From the NCBI RefSeq assembly GCF_009914755.1, contig NC_060925.1: a stretch of 64,000 nucleotides of DNA; one strand, given 5' to 3'. The position numbers were made by a program, and so were the translations under genes. Within the stretch, counting starts at the first letter, position 1. Each line of letters begins with the position of its first letter. The notes under the pieces are model-generated. The model had not been told where the DNA came from and did no database searches. It saw only the letters and a program-made list of their open reading frames with translations. Shown one piece after another: positions 25,206-38,500 of this stretch. Origin of the DNA: the human T2T-CHM13v2.0 reference genome, Homo sapiens.

Positions 25206-25381
25206 ATGTGTTAGTCTGGACCAACGACCAGGTGGTTCATTGGGTCCAGTCTATTGGGCTCCGGGACTACGCAGGAAACCTGCATGAGAGTGGTGTGCAT
25301 GGAGCCTTGCTGGCCCTGGACGAGAACTTCGACCACAACACACTGGCCCTGATCCTCCAGATCCCCACACAGAACACCCAG
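25206..25381 (+). CDS. PPFIA4: PPFIA4 coding exon, SAM3 (DVLVW...QNTQ)
   Basis: actccag|AT GTG ... CAG|gtgggc; 176 nt. Confidence 0.96.
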
Positions 25382-27051
25382 GTGGGCAGCCTTTTAATCA
25401 GTCAACTTGAGTCTCTCCCTGTATCCCTCACTTGCTCTCTTTCTTTCCCTCATACACAAAGGCTTAGGTATCTTGGGGGGTGGGGAGCTTTTCTAGGGCC
25501 TATGCCAGAGGGGATCGCAATGTCCTCAATTCTCCAAGTGATCGCTGTGCATAAGCAAGCCCTCATGGGAACACATGGCCTTCACATACAGAGCACACCT
25601 AGCGTGGGCCTGGCACACAGTGTGCTCTTACAATGCGCATCCCCGTCCTGCCCTGGGTACCTCTATCTCCTCCTAACCCCACTTCATAGCTGAGACTCTG
25701 AGCCTTCCTTTTCATCCTGCTTCTCTGATCTGACTTTTCTTAGAGGGGAATGAGCCCCAGGGCCCCTAGGGACCAGAGAGCCCATATCACCTTTGTCTAC
25801 CACCCTAGGGATCTGCTCCTGGGCCCCCAGCCTTAAAAAAGCTAAATATACCAAATTACACAACCCAGAGCCTCTCCACACCAGGGCTTTGGCTCTCTGT
25901 CAACAGCTCAAATGATTAAACATCTCATGAAATTACATTTCATCATTTTTATGGAGCTGTCATCTAAGAATATATCTAAATTCTCTTGAACCTATTTATA
26001 TTTTTGGCCTTTCTAACTTCCTGTGGGTAATAGATTCTAGAAGTACTGCTTGTTGTGTAGAGTACTTCCTGATTTTATTTGTCCTGAAAATGCCCCTGTC
26101 AGGCCCCTGGGGAAGGAACTACCTCCTCTTGATGGTTTAGGTTTGGTAAGGATATTTGTATTTAACTAGTTCTCACCTTTTATGATTTCATAAACTCTGA
26201 TTGTATTGCCTCTGGGCCCAAGCCTTTGTCTCTCCAGACGGAGTGTTCTTAATTCTTTTAGGCTTTCCTCATATAGACTCGCCTCTGTCCCCTGATTGTT
26301 TTAGCTGCCCTTGTCTGGACTGTTTGCAGCTGTCAGATCTCTTTTGAAATTCAGCCACCAGAGCTGCACAGGCTATTCTGGGAGCAGACACGTTTTGGCT
26401 TGAATGAGGGTAGGGCTGTGTTGTCTCGTAATTCTGGGCAGTGTGTTGGCCTTTTGGGGGTGGTGGCAGTGCACAGGGCCATTGTGTCCTGTAGGCATTC
26501 TGCAGTGACCCCCCCGCCCCGCCCCCACCCCAACCAGTCAAAATAGATAGGACAGATCCCTTCATTCTCCAAGAGGAGCCTGGATTTTTCCCCCAAGTGC
26601 GTTCTCTCCACTTGCCCACTTCGGGCAAGCCTCGTCTGCCACTTTGCTGCCCACTCACCTCTCTTTGTGAGACGCTTCTGAAATTTACACCTATCCTCCT
26701 CACCTTTCACTGCCCAGAGGAGCAGTGTCATTTGGATACTTGAAATTTACTGTGCTTCTCCTTTCAGATCATTTCTAAAAATGTTATGTTCCCAATACTG
26801 GCACAGACTGTCCTTATGGAACTCTACGCTTAATATTTTCTACCTAGAAATGGACTTTTCTCTTTCTTTGATTTCCTATCTCTAATGCATTCAGTTTTGG
26901 AGGATAGCAGTAATTCTGTAAATAGTAGCAGGGACACCTCCCTATGGCTTTCTAACCTTTCTTAATTTCCTGACCCCGTCATTGAGCTTAGCTGTTGGGA
27001 GAAGTAGTGTGTGACCCAATACGGAATCCCTCATTTAAAATGGTTAAAAAT

Positions 27052-27360
<309 letters not shown>

Positions 27361-27699
27361 GTTAAAAATATCTGGTAGCAGTTTTGAAAACTTTTCTGTT
27401 TTTGGCATTTCTGAAAACTCTGAATGAGTTAATCTCCTGGGAGGCCTAGAGAGAGTCTGTATGCACACAGCCCAGGGACAACCAGTATCCACAGCTGAGC
27501 AGGCTTCCTAATTTTAAGTTTTTGATGTGAAAACTTATCAGATATATTTATTTAATCCAAATCAGTCATGTTCTGGTTATCCATGGTTTACATGCTTACT
27601 TACCCCTCCAGAAAGAGAAAGACAGGCACAATTTTCCCCTTTCAGACAATTTTTTTTCCAAGTAGGTGACGTCTCTTTATCTATGTGTTCTATGATCCC

Positions 27700-28196
<497 letters not shown>

Positions 28197-28444
28197 ACTA
28201 CTTTAAAAAAAAAAATTATGTTGTTCTAATTTGCTGTATATGAAAGAATCCTAGGCTTACAGCTTTACTTATGAGTTTGCTTGAAGGAGCAGCTTCAGAA
28301 AGGTGTGTAAAGGCCTCTAATGGGCTAAATGCACTGGAGCCTTGCATCTCTGACCTTGGACCCTTGGAAAATGGTGAAAGATGGCATAAAGGTAGTTAAC
28401 TATAGCCCTTCCCACCTTTCCCTCTCCTGCTCTATGGACTGCAG

Positions 28445-28513
28445 GCACGCCAAGTGATGGAAAGAGAGTTCAATAACCTGTTGGCCTTGGGCACAGACCG
28501 GAAGCTGGATGAC
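28445..28513 (+). CDS. PPFIA4: PPFIA4 coding exon (ARQVM...KLDD)
   Basis: actgcag|GCA ... GAC|gtgagt; 69 nt; AREFNNLLALGTDR-type motif. Confidence 0.93.
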
Positions 28514-30893
28514 GTGAGTACCTGGCCATGAATTAGGAGCCTTGGGGATTTGGTCATCTTCGTTGGATTGAGGTTCATGAGTTCTGCCTTCCCTGGGCTA
28601 ATTGTTGGAAGGCTAGTCTATGGGAGGAGAGCCAGAGGGGATGGGGATAATGTCAGGGGGTTGAGGAGGTGGACCAGCCCTAGAAGAACTTGTCTTGGGT
28701 AGTAATAGGCTGTCGAGAAGTCTCTGTGAAACTCCTGTGCAAAAGCTGAAGGCCCATGTGTTGTACTTCCAGCATCTTCCAATTCTGTGCCCCGCCTTCC
28801 TATCCACATAGGATCAAAGATTTTCCCCAAAGGCCATATCTTTGGGATCACACCTTTTTCTTAATCTCTCAGACCATGTATCTTCAGTGCTGAGCTCAGC
28901 ACACCTCCAGCTTGCTCAGTAAGATTCCAGCCTGTCCTCCAGGAGTGTGGGTGTGTGGAGGCGGATGCCCTGCTGAGGTTGTTAAATGACAGGTTTGCTC
29001 TCTCGCTCCCAGTGCAGTCTGCACAGTTAAACACACGCTCGGGCTTTTACCATCCCAGCTTTCTCTAGTTTCACCCTTGGGTCTACCTTCACACCAAGTT
29101 AAAGTTTTCCTCTCTCTGCCCTCCTGGTCACTGAAGGAACAGTCCCTTGCACTTGATTTCATCAGGCATTCCCCTTGAGTTGAGGGAAGACCCTGGCATT
29201 CTAAGCCATATGGTCCCCTTTGAGATGCCAACCTAAGCATCCTACTGTTTTGTTTTGCACTGGTTTGCTGAGGTCATAGCCCCTCCTTGGCCCCCGCCTC
29301 CTCTTCCTCCCTCCTCACTTTCCTATCACTGCCCTTGCCTGTCAGGTCTGCGCTAGTTGATCTGGCTCCAAACAAGTTAAAAGAAAGCCCAGAGTGTGTG
29401 TGTTTTTCGCTGCTCTGTCTTCAGTCCAATCACTGTTTCTTAGTAGGGTTTAACAGGGCGAAAATCCACCTTTGTAGAAGGATTGCTCTGCCTCGGGGAC
29501 ACAGGGCACTATAAGGAATACACAGAATTTGTGGAAGTGTTTTCTTCACAGAGGTACCTTGAAGTTTGGGAGAAAAGAATAGACTTATATATGTATTTTT
29601 TTTGGTTATTTAGATACTTTAAAGGGGCTAAACTGGCAGCCCCCCCTCCCCCGACCCAGAGCTGTCCCAACTCTGATAGATCTGTTTTCCCAATGCCCCT
29701 GTGATATTGACCCTCCCACTAATTCCACATGCACTCAGGATCTCTGCTTTGTTTGTTGCTGTCTGGAGAAATGACTCCCATATATCTATTAGTGTGGTGC
29801 TGTCTAATTTAGAAGCTATGTAGTCCTTCAATCCTTACAAAAATATTCTTTGAATGCCTGCCCTGTGCCAGGCATTGTGCCAGGCATGGTGGTTAGTGAT
29901 GACGATGTCTCACTTTATGGTAATGATCACCACATGAGATAGGTTATGATGCCCATCTTACAGATGAGGAAATTGAAGCTCTAAGAGGGAACTTACCTGC
30001 TGTGGCAGAGCAGGACCGAAGCAGATGCGAGTCTGATTTCTGAGCTCTTCCCCCTTGTTCCACTTCCTCTGGGAAGCTTGTGGAGCTATCTGGCCTATCA
30101 GCCTCCAGACATTGGGGTGGAGTTATTGTTTAGACATTGGGGTGCACATAGAGCTGTGCAGTGGAGTTTTTGGGATTCAACTAGGTGTGGGCTAGAGAGG
30201 AGGGTTTTTGTGGGAAGCGTAGAGTAGAAGCCAGGTCCTGAGAATAAGGCAAGATTTAGGGGTGAGGGGAGGGTCTGGGGTCCAAGGAGACTGCTTCCTG
30301 TCCAACTGTCTAGCACATCATCAGCAACCTTGAGTTGTCTCTTGCAACCACACCCTCTGCTGATTTTGGTACTTAGTGTCCCTTCTCAAGCTTCAAGGCT
30401 CTTAAGGGCGGTATCCAGTTCTCCCTGCATATGGAGATGAGGACTCAAGGGAAATAAGGAAGAGGGGAGCAGGAAGGAATAACATCTGACTGTTAGGGGA
30501 CAGGGGAGGAGTGCAGAAACAGGTCCTTAGGGTTGGCTGAAGGTGGAAATGGAGATAAGGGGAAGGCGGGAGAGAGAAAAGAGGCTCTGGGCTAGGGTAA
30601 GAGCAGGATCATGGGGAGGACAGCAGTGACAAGGGAAGTTCCTAACAAACTCAGGAATGGGACTCCTGCATAAAGAGCCAGCTGCCACCTATTCATTTAA
30701 TGAATATTTTTATTGAGTGCCTAATGTGATCCCAGGCACTGCTCAGAGGTTGGTGATACATTGGTTGGAGCAAAAAAGGTTATGGTTTCTGCCCCATGGA
30801 GCATAGAATTTGAGAGAAAGAGCGAGAAAGAAAGTGAAAGGCATGGAGGTAGGGAGAAGGGAAGGAGGTGAGAAAAGGAGGAGGAAAGAGATA

Positions 30894-31222
30894 CAGTCAT
30901 GCATGGCTTAATGATGCTTAGCTACGGGGATAAGTTCTGAGAAATGCATCATTAGGCAATTTGATCACTGTGTGAACATCACAGAATGTACTTACACAAA
31001 CCTAGGGGGTATAGCCTATTGCACACCTAGGCTATATGGTATAGCCTGTTGCTTCTAGGCTACAAACCTATACAGCTTGTTACTGTATTGAATACTGTTG
31101 GCATTTGTCAGTATTTGTATATCTAAACATAGAAAAGGGACAGTAAAAGTATTATAATCTTATGAGACCACCACTGTATATGCCATCCATTACTGACTGA
31201 AACATTATGTGGTGCATGACTG
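30894..31222. mobile_element. Tigger3/MER7-like TcMar non-autonomous DNA transposon
   Basis: Terminal inverted repeats CAGTCATGCA...TGCATGACTG flanked by TA on both sides; internal gtatagcct/ctaggcta repeats. Confidence 0.85.
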
Positions 31223-32329
31223 TATTAATGAAATAATCTCATAAATATATATAAAAATGCTACTAGGATGAGTGCTGTGACCGAGAGGTACATGGTGCTG
31301 AGAATTTATCAGAGCATTTGACCCACTTGGCACACACAACAAACCCTAGCGGGGAAGGGCTGGGAGGGGTTGTTGAGGCAAGAACAGGTGGGTGAATGTC
31401 CATTGTTCCTGCTAGTCCCACTCTGCCTGCATCAGCTCTGAGAACATGGGGTGGAGGGAGATTGGGCATGGCTTCCAAGCAGGGTGGATAAAGGCTCTGA
31501 AGTGTGGGGTGGGGAGGCCTGTGCAGAGGGGGATCCTGTAGGGTTGTGGCCCTGGGTGCCCTGTGGCAGAGATGGTTATTTTGGAGACATGGCTGGCATG
31601 GGTGAGGGGGGCAGGTGGCAGGGGGCTGCCTGCCATGTCCTTTGGAGGAGACTGCATCTGCTTGGTGGTCTGCCTGACCCATCCCTGTTACAGGGTGATC
31701 TCATCTGATCCCATTAGTGGTAGGCAGCCTGAGAAACAGGTAGGGCAGATGTTATTATTCTCATTTTACAGATAAGGAAACTGAGGCTCAGAGGGGTCAC
31801 TCACCTGGTACAGGGTCACATAGCCAGTAAAATGGCAGAGCCAGGATTAGAAGCCAGGTGTCTGACTCCCGCCCGACATAGTACTCTTCTGGTATACTGG
31901 GCTACAGCCATTCGGAGGCCCCAGAAGGACAGGACAGTGTGTATAGGGACCGGCTGTCACCTCCCATGGGCTGAGGCAGAGGAATGCCTTGAAAGGTGAA
32001 TGGTCATGCCAAGCCTACTTTGAGAAGATTGCGGTGGGCTGGGAAACAGTTCAACTGCAGGATGGCAGACCCAACAAGACTCTCCCCCGCCCCACACACC
32101 CCCTCCATCCGCCACCCAGAGACAGGGAATTTCAGAGTCGCAGGGTTTCCCGATTCACTGTACAGATGGAAAAACTCAAGGCTAGAAAGGGGAAGTGACC
32201 TCGCTCCCTCTTTCCAAAGGGGTGGGAGTGGTGCCCCTTGAACCAGCAGCGACTGGCCCCCTCCAGGCAGGGCGTGAGGATGGCAATTCCAACAGGGCCC
32301 TCGGGCCTCTGGTGTCCCCCATGGTGCAG

Positions 32330-32510
32330 GGGGATGACAAGGTGTTTCGCCGCGCGCCCTCCTGGAGGAAGCGCTTCCGGCCGCGGGAGCACCACGGTCG
32401 CGGCGGCATGCTCAGCGCTTCCGCGGAGACCCTCCCGGCGGGCTTCCGTGTGTCCACCCTGGGGACCCTGCAGCCCCCACCGGCCCCGCCAAAGAAGATC
32501 ATGCCTGAAG
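32330..32510 (+). CDS. PPFIA4: PPFIA4 coding exon (GDDKV...IMPE)
   Basis: ggtgcag|GGG ... GAA G|gtgagt; 181 nt; FRRAPSWRKRFRPRE motif. Confidence 0.94.
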
Positions 32511-32720
32511 GTGAGTAACAGGCGGGCTGGGCATGGCCGAGGCCCAGCCGAGCGCGGGCTTCTTCCTGGCACCCCAGGGCCGGGCCGGGTGGAGAGGGGC
32601 GAGGCCGAGGCTGGTGCCCCGCGCTCCTGCGCTGCAGCTGCACTAACGCTCCGCGGGGAGCGTGTGTGCGCACTAACCCGCCGCTCTGTGTGTTCTCCCG
32701 CGGCTGCCGACTTCTCCCAG

Positions 32721-32779
32721 CTGGGACGGCGGGGTCGCAGAGACTGGAGACCTCCACGGTTCGGACCTACTCCTGCTGA
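32721..32779 (+). CDS. PPFIA4: PPFIA4 alternative C-terminal coding segment AGTAGSQRLETSTVRTYSC* (cassette exon 32721-32829)
   Basis: cttctcccag|CT GGG ACG ... TAC TCC TGC TGA in the phase required by the 32510 donor; downstream donor GGG|gtaagt at 32830; VRTYSC is the liprin-alpha PDZ-binding tail. Confidence 0.85.
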
Positions 32780-33093
32780 CCCCCCATCCTCCCGCCCCGG
32801 GTCTGACGGGGGAGTGCCCGTGGCTCGGGGTAAGTGGGCCAGGCCCGGGGACGCGGGCACCTTGCTGCTGGCCCTCGGCCCCACGCACCTGCCCTTGGCT
32901 GCCGGCCTGGCCCTGCCGCTCCAGTCCCGCTTACCAGCACTGCCTGGCTTGCCCCTTCCTGCTTCGTCTGGCCTGGGGCGCTTTGCGCTTGGAGCACGCT
33001 GCGTTGCCGCTGTCGCACACATCCTACAACCTCTCTCGCAGATGCCCTGCAACCTGCCTCACAGTGCGATGCCTGTCTCTCTCTCTCCCTCAG

Positions 33094-33143
33094 CTCACTC
33101 CCACTATCTCTACGGACACATGCTCTCCGCCTTCCGGGACTAG
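33094..33143 (+). CDS. PPFIA4: PPFIA4 terminal-exon coding part (AHSHYLYGHMLSAFRD*)
   Basis: ctctctccctcag|CT CAC ... GAC TAG; phase 1 matches the 32510 donor. Confidence 0.88.
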
Positions 33144-35460
33144 CCATGGCCCCCAGGGCTGGCTTCCTCCTTCTGGGTTTCACAGGCTCCTCTGGCCCTG
33201 ACCCCTCTTGCTCGTTCCCCTTCCTTCCGCAGCTCCTAGTCTCGTCCGTGACTTTCCGGTTGCCCTGGATCTCAGAATATATTCGTCCACCCCCTCGGCA
33301 CCCCATTACCCCGAGTCCCACCGTGTGTCCGTTGTAAGTCCGGTGGATGTGGCTGGGGTTTCCTGGTATTGTGGAGGCACCCAGGTTGTCCATGCTTGGG
33401 ATTCTGGGGGAAGGAGAGAAGGGCAGCTCAGGGTGGATGTGAAGCCACCCTTCCTCTTCTGGACCCAGCCTGGTCTGCACTGCAACCTCCACCAGGACCA
33501 GGATCCTGGGCCACAGGCTGGGATGGTCCTTCCAAGAAAGGGTCATTTCAGACGCAGCCCTGCTTGGGCTATTCAATCTTAGGGTGTCTATCCACGTCTG
33601 GCTGTGCCAAATGGTCTGGCAGCTGGTTTTGGCATCCCCAGCATCACCACTCTCCCAACCCATCACCGTGACTGCAGTTCCTGCCCCCATTCTCTTGGGG
33701 TCAGGGAGGGGCTGGGAAGGGCTACTGAAGGCCCCATTCTCCCACAGGATGGTGAGGCTGGGAGGAGGAAGACTGAGGTAGAGATTCCAGGCCCTGGCAT
33801 AAGCTGAATCCCAAATTTGAGTTTGGGAAGAACCAGAGAGAAATGGATCCCTGAGCTCTGAGCCAAGGGTGAGGATGGGGAAACTCTAAGCTCCCACCTA
33901 ATAAGAAGCATAGGCAGACCAGCCAGAGGGAGAGCCAATGGCCTCTGGTAGCCTTAAGCCCAAAGGGCAGTGGGAATGTCCCCTGCCCCAACCATCGGGT
34001 GGAGCTCCTGCTGGGCTATGGGGAAGGGAGGTTGTGCGGATCTTGACTCTAGGGCAGAACAGATCTAACCATGCATTGCTAGCTCTGCTCCCAGCATCCC
34101 TTCCCCTTCTCTCCTCCTCTGCCTCACTTCTTTAGTAATCCCAACCCTATAAAAATGAACCTAATGGGTGGATTGAATATACATTGAGCCCAAAGTCAAG
34201 TTTGGGGAAAAGGCAGACTAAGGCCTCCTTTCTCTGACCTCCCAGGAAGAAAATAGCTTCTCCTACAGTGATTCATGTCCCAGGTCCAGGAAATCCAATG
34301 TTGGTGAAGGCAGCCACTCTCTTGCTTGTCCCCAAATCACCTAACCCTCATCCAGGGCTATTTTGGTGGGCAGGGACTGCCTCCTCCCGGAATTCCTAAG
34401 ATCCGCCCAGCTGCCACCATTTTCATTGCTTTCCCCAGCAGCATGATGGGAACCCAAGCTGAGGGATACAGGTCCTGATTTGGTAGGAATATTATTCCCA
34501 AGAAATACCCGCTCCTCACCTACTCCCTCATCCTACCAAGGTGCCTGAAAATGTTCAAGACTTATGTTCAGGGTGGGATGATGGAACCGAGGGCTTCATC
34601 AAAGTGAGAGGAAAGGAAAAGCATCTGGCATGTGTTTCTTGGATAGGGGCCAGTGCAGTGCCATCCTACAGGTGGCTGGAGCAGCTGCTTTGCAACCTGA
34701 TCACCTTGAGTTCTGAGCAGGGACTAGGCTTGCAGGTGAGATAATGGGCCAGGGCACCCAGTCCAGAAGGAGCAATGGCACCTGGGCAGTGCCAGGGCTT
34801 AAAGCCCGCTGCTCCTTTTCGGTAGAGGAGAGGCCCATCACTGGTGTGGTGGGGTGGGCTCTCCCTTAGGCTTGGGCAAGGCAGCCACCTGCCCTTGCTC
34901 TCCCTTAGTGTTCCCTGGCCTCCCTGCCATCAGGTTGCTGGGAGTGGAGATGGAGGGATTATTGAGCAGAAAATGAGTTGGATGGAGATAAACAGCTCCC
35001 ATCCCTGGGTAATGGATGGTAAGATGATGGAGATTCCTAAGATTGGTGGAGTTGGGCAATGCATAGCCATCTGACTCCTTCAGGGTGCTCTTGATGGGCT
35101 GGCTGTAAGGGAGACTCAGTCCCAGCCTCTCCCCTCTACAACTCCTGCCACTGTTGGCCATGTCGTAAGGCAGCAGCTGTGCCAGGATAGCTGGGTCCAT
35201 TCAGAGCACCTTGAGAAGTGTTGCAGGGAGGTGTTAAGAAGAGAACTCTGTGCAAACAGTGATGGAAGGCTGTTGTCTTGGTGTATCCCTTGCCTCATAG
35301 TCAATATATTTTTTTTTTGGCGAGTCACCAGTGACCCGAGCCCTCCACACCAGCCTCCTGTATCTCATCAGGTCCCTTCTCAGTACTGTATTTGCTCAGT
35401 GCATCAGGAATGGGTGTATGGGTGTGTGTGGGTGGGTGTGAGTGTGGGTGTGTACGTACC

Positions 35461-35466
35461 AATAAA
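35461..35466 (+). terminator. PPFIA4 polyadenylation signal
   Basis: AATAAA followed ~40 nt later by a T27 tract (35506-35532). Confidence 0.8.
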
Positions 35467-35503
35467 CAACCTGGTTTTAAGACAATGTACAAATGGCCTC
35501 CAG

Positions 35504-35534
<31 letters not shown>

Positions 35535-38500
35535 CTCTGAACTCACCTGAGATTTCCAGCTTCTTTCACAGTTGTAAAGGCTGCTGTACTCTGGAAGGAA
35601 ATGTCACAATTTTCAGAACTTGTAGTCAATAACTATTTATTTATATAAGCACAGGACTGATAGATTAATGTTTGGGTTGCATGTGCCCAGTAGGTAGAGG
35701 ACCAGATAAGGAGAGAGGAAACTGATGTCTTCCTTCATCTCGCTCACCTGGTCAGGCTGTCACCCTTTCCTGCTGCTCCTGGAGTTCCTTCTCCTGAATG
35801 CCCCTTGGTCACATCACTCCACCGTTCCCACTTTCAGCAGCTGCCAGCACCTCTAGATCAGAGTTGCAGTTCCTCCTCAGTGTGGCCTAAGAAGCCATTC
35901 ATGACTTGGCTCCTTCACCTCTCCTCCTCCCACCAGTTTCAAGTCCACCTAACTCAGAAACATGGTGTCCACCCAACCCCATCACCAGAAGGCAGCATGA
36001 CTGCTTCTGTCCTTACCTTTGTAGTTTTAAGCCATCAAGACCACTTCAAGCATCACTGGGGAGGCATCACCTACCTCTCCCCAGCAGAACTAGTTAACCA
36101 GCAACCTCTGCTCTCCAGACATTCTGTACACTGCACAGGCTGGGCAGTGATTGCCTCCCACGCTGGGCTGTGAGTTACCTCCTTTAGGGCAGTCTTGTTG
36201 ATCTCTCCATCCCTAGGTGTATATCTTCAAATGAATAAATGCACCAGCCTTCTCTCAGAGGGTTGTATAAGGATTAATATTAGTAAAAGCTAAAAATTAC
36301 TGAGTACTATTGTTTGCCAGACACTGTTCTAAGCATGGTAAATATATTAACTCATGAATCCTCACAATTCTGATATATTCTCAGCATTTTGTAGAACAGG
36401 ACATTTTAAGACTAAGATAATACAGCTGGTAAGAGACAGTTGTGGGTCTCAAACCTAGGCCTTCCTGACTCCGGTGCCTTGTCCTTAACTATGATATGTA
36501 TGTTCAAACTCCTGACCCAGTGCCAGGAGTATTTATCATTTTTTTTTTCATTAGGAGTAGCATGATGAAAAGCAATGCTTATCGAATGTTGCTAGCTTCT
36601 CTTTTAAGTGAACTCAAGTCCCTGCCCCTCAACAAGCCTTCCCCAGCTACCCAGCTCCCTTTCCCTGACTCCTTTGTGTGAACAACTCATGTGGTCTTTG
36701 GCTGCTGTGAATCTTTGGGGGGCTGTGTTTCCCCTGCTCCCCTGAGTGGTGAACTCCCCTTCGTGTAGCACAGTGCACCATGCATCCTGTGTCCTCTTTA
36801 AGGCTGATGGTGCCCCAAACATGGATGGAGCAAGGACAGCAGAGTCCATGGGCACAAGTGACAGGAGGGAGTGGGACAAGGCACCCTGGACACAGCCCAG
36901 GGAGGGAAAACAGAGGTGAGGGAAGGTACTGGCCCTGTGCCTGTAGGCCTCTGGGGGTCCCTTGCTACCCTCTCCAGGATCAAAGGTAAAATTGATGAAC
37001 CTTGGTGACTGGCTGGCTATGGGAATGAGATCTTCACTGAAGGGATCCAGGAAAACTATGACTTCCTTGTGCTGCCTTCCACTGGGACAGGAGATATAGA
37101 CGGAGCCGACTTATGTGTAAATGGGAGTTTGATTTTGGACATCCTGGGCTTGAGGTGAGAACTGGACATCATGGTTCCATCCGCACTTGTAGGAAAGAAG
37201 AATCTAGGTGTCTTTCCTAGAACCCTTTCCTTTGCTCCCTCTAGGAATGCTCCAAGCAGTGAGGGGCAGGGAGTCTGGATCCGAGTGGGGACCTGTGGCA
37301 AAGGGGGACAGGGATGAGGCACAGCCAGAATCGTGGAGGGGCTGTGATTGGAGTTTCTATCCAGGACTGGGTTGAGCTTCCTTAGCCAAAATCCTGGCTC
37401 AACCTGAAGTCTTCCAGGCCCACCCTCAGGCTTTTCTGCCCAAGCCTGGGGCCCAGAAGCCCGGGGAAGCCCAAGGAACCTAACATGTTGGGGTGGCGTT
37501 TTACCCAGGAAACAGATACCTGAGCTGAGGGGTATCTTTTCCTCTCACCCTCCACCATCCCTCTGCCGCCTCCCTCTCCAGTTGATCCACCCCATCTACA
37601 CCTGTAGCACTTAAGAAGGTTTTCCAGTCTACCAAATAAATTACTCTGGGAGGTTAGATCCCTAGGAATGCTTATCGGAGTGCCACAAGTAGTACTGTAA
37701 GCGTTCAATTCACACCAATTATCTAAGCACTCGAAGAAGTTCCTATTTACACACCAACAATTGGTATGCCAATTTTAAGTAATATTTATCTTTTCATTGT
37801 AGTGGATTCCCTAAAGTCCATTATTAAGCAACATTTGATTAATACAGTTTGATTTATTGTAGGTGCTTCCAACTAAAGAACAAATTTGAGCTAATCTCCC
37901 TAAAGAACTCCAACTCATTATTCATTAATTGGAGTCTTTTCTGTAATTCTGTTGTGAAGATTAAGCATTTGCTAATTTAAGAAAGTCCCCATGCTTCGAT
38001 AACAATTGTTTATTCTGTGAAAATAACGAGTGAGGCTGGCCTGCTGCTTAGCAGAGTTTGCCATTCACACCTGTGGAATTCTAGCAAACTGTTTTTCCCT
38101 TAAGGACTTAAAGACATGAAAAAGTAAGTAGACAGTGACTACAGTGCTGAGGACTGTTCATTCTTTCCCGAGTCTGAATGTGACCCTCACTGTCTAATTG
38201 TCAGGATAACTGAAGAGGAGCAGACTTAAAAAATATATCCAGCAGCCCCAGAACCTGTCCTTCAGCAGAGCTGAGTGCCTTCCTTGGCCAGCCCTTCTTA
38301 TCCCAGTAAGAAGGAGGGCAAGGGATGGGCAGGTCATAGCTGCAGGGGAGAGGGTGGTTTCCACCCTGGGAGTGTGGGAGGTGCCAGGGGCAGAGGAAAT
38401 GAACTTGAAGGGAGACGATCCTCCATGAATGTGTTCTGAGTATTTTCGGAGGGTAATAAGGGAGTGAATGTAGATTCCAGAGCCAAGGCACTGCAGCCCA

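Larger units (their letters stand above)
32250..33140. promoter_or_regulatory. Intragenic CpG island over the last PPFIA4 coding exons
   Basis: Dense CpG and very high GC by inspection compared with the flanks. Confidence 0.8.

Noticed and set aside
32777-32785. Possible stop-codon readthrough of the VRTYSC tail
   Set aside because: The context is TGA CCC, not the strong TGA CTAG motif.
32132-33690. Several ~300-aa ORFs on both strands
   Set aside because: Stop-poor GC-rich CpG-island sequence gives low-complexity Arg/Pro/Gly/Ala translations with no family motif; only the spliced PPFIA4 segments are credible.
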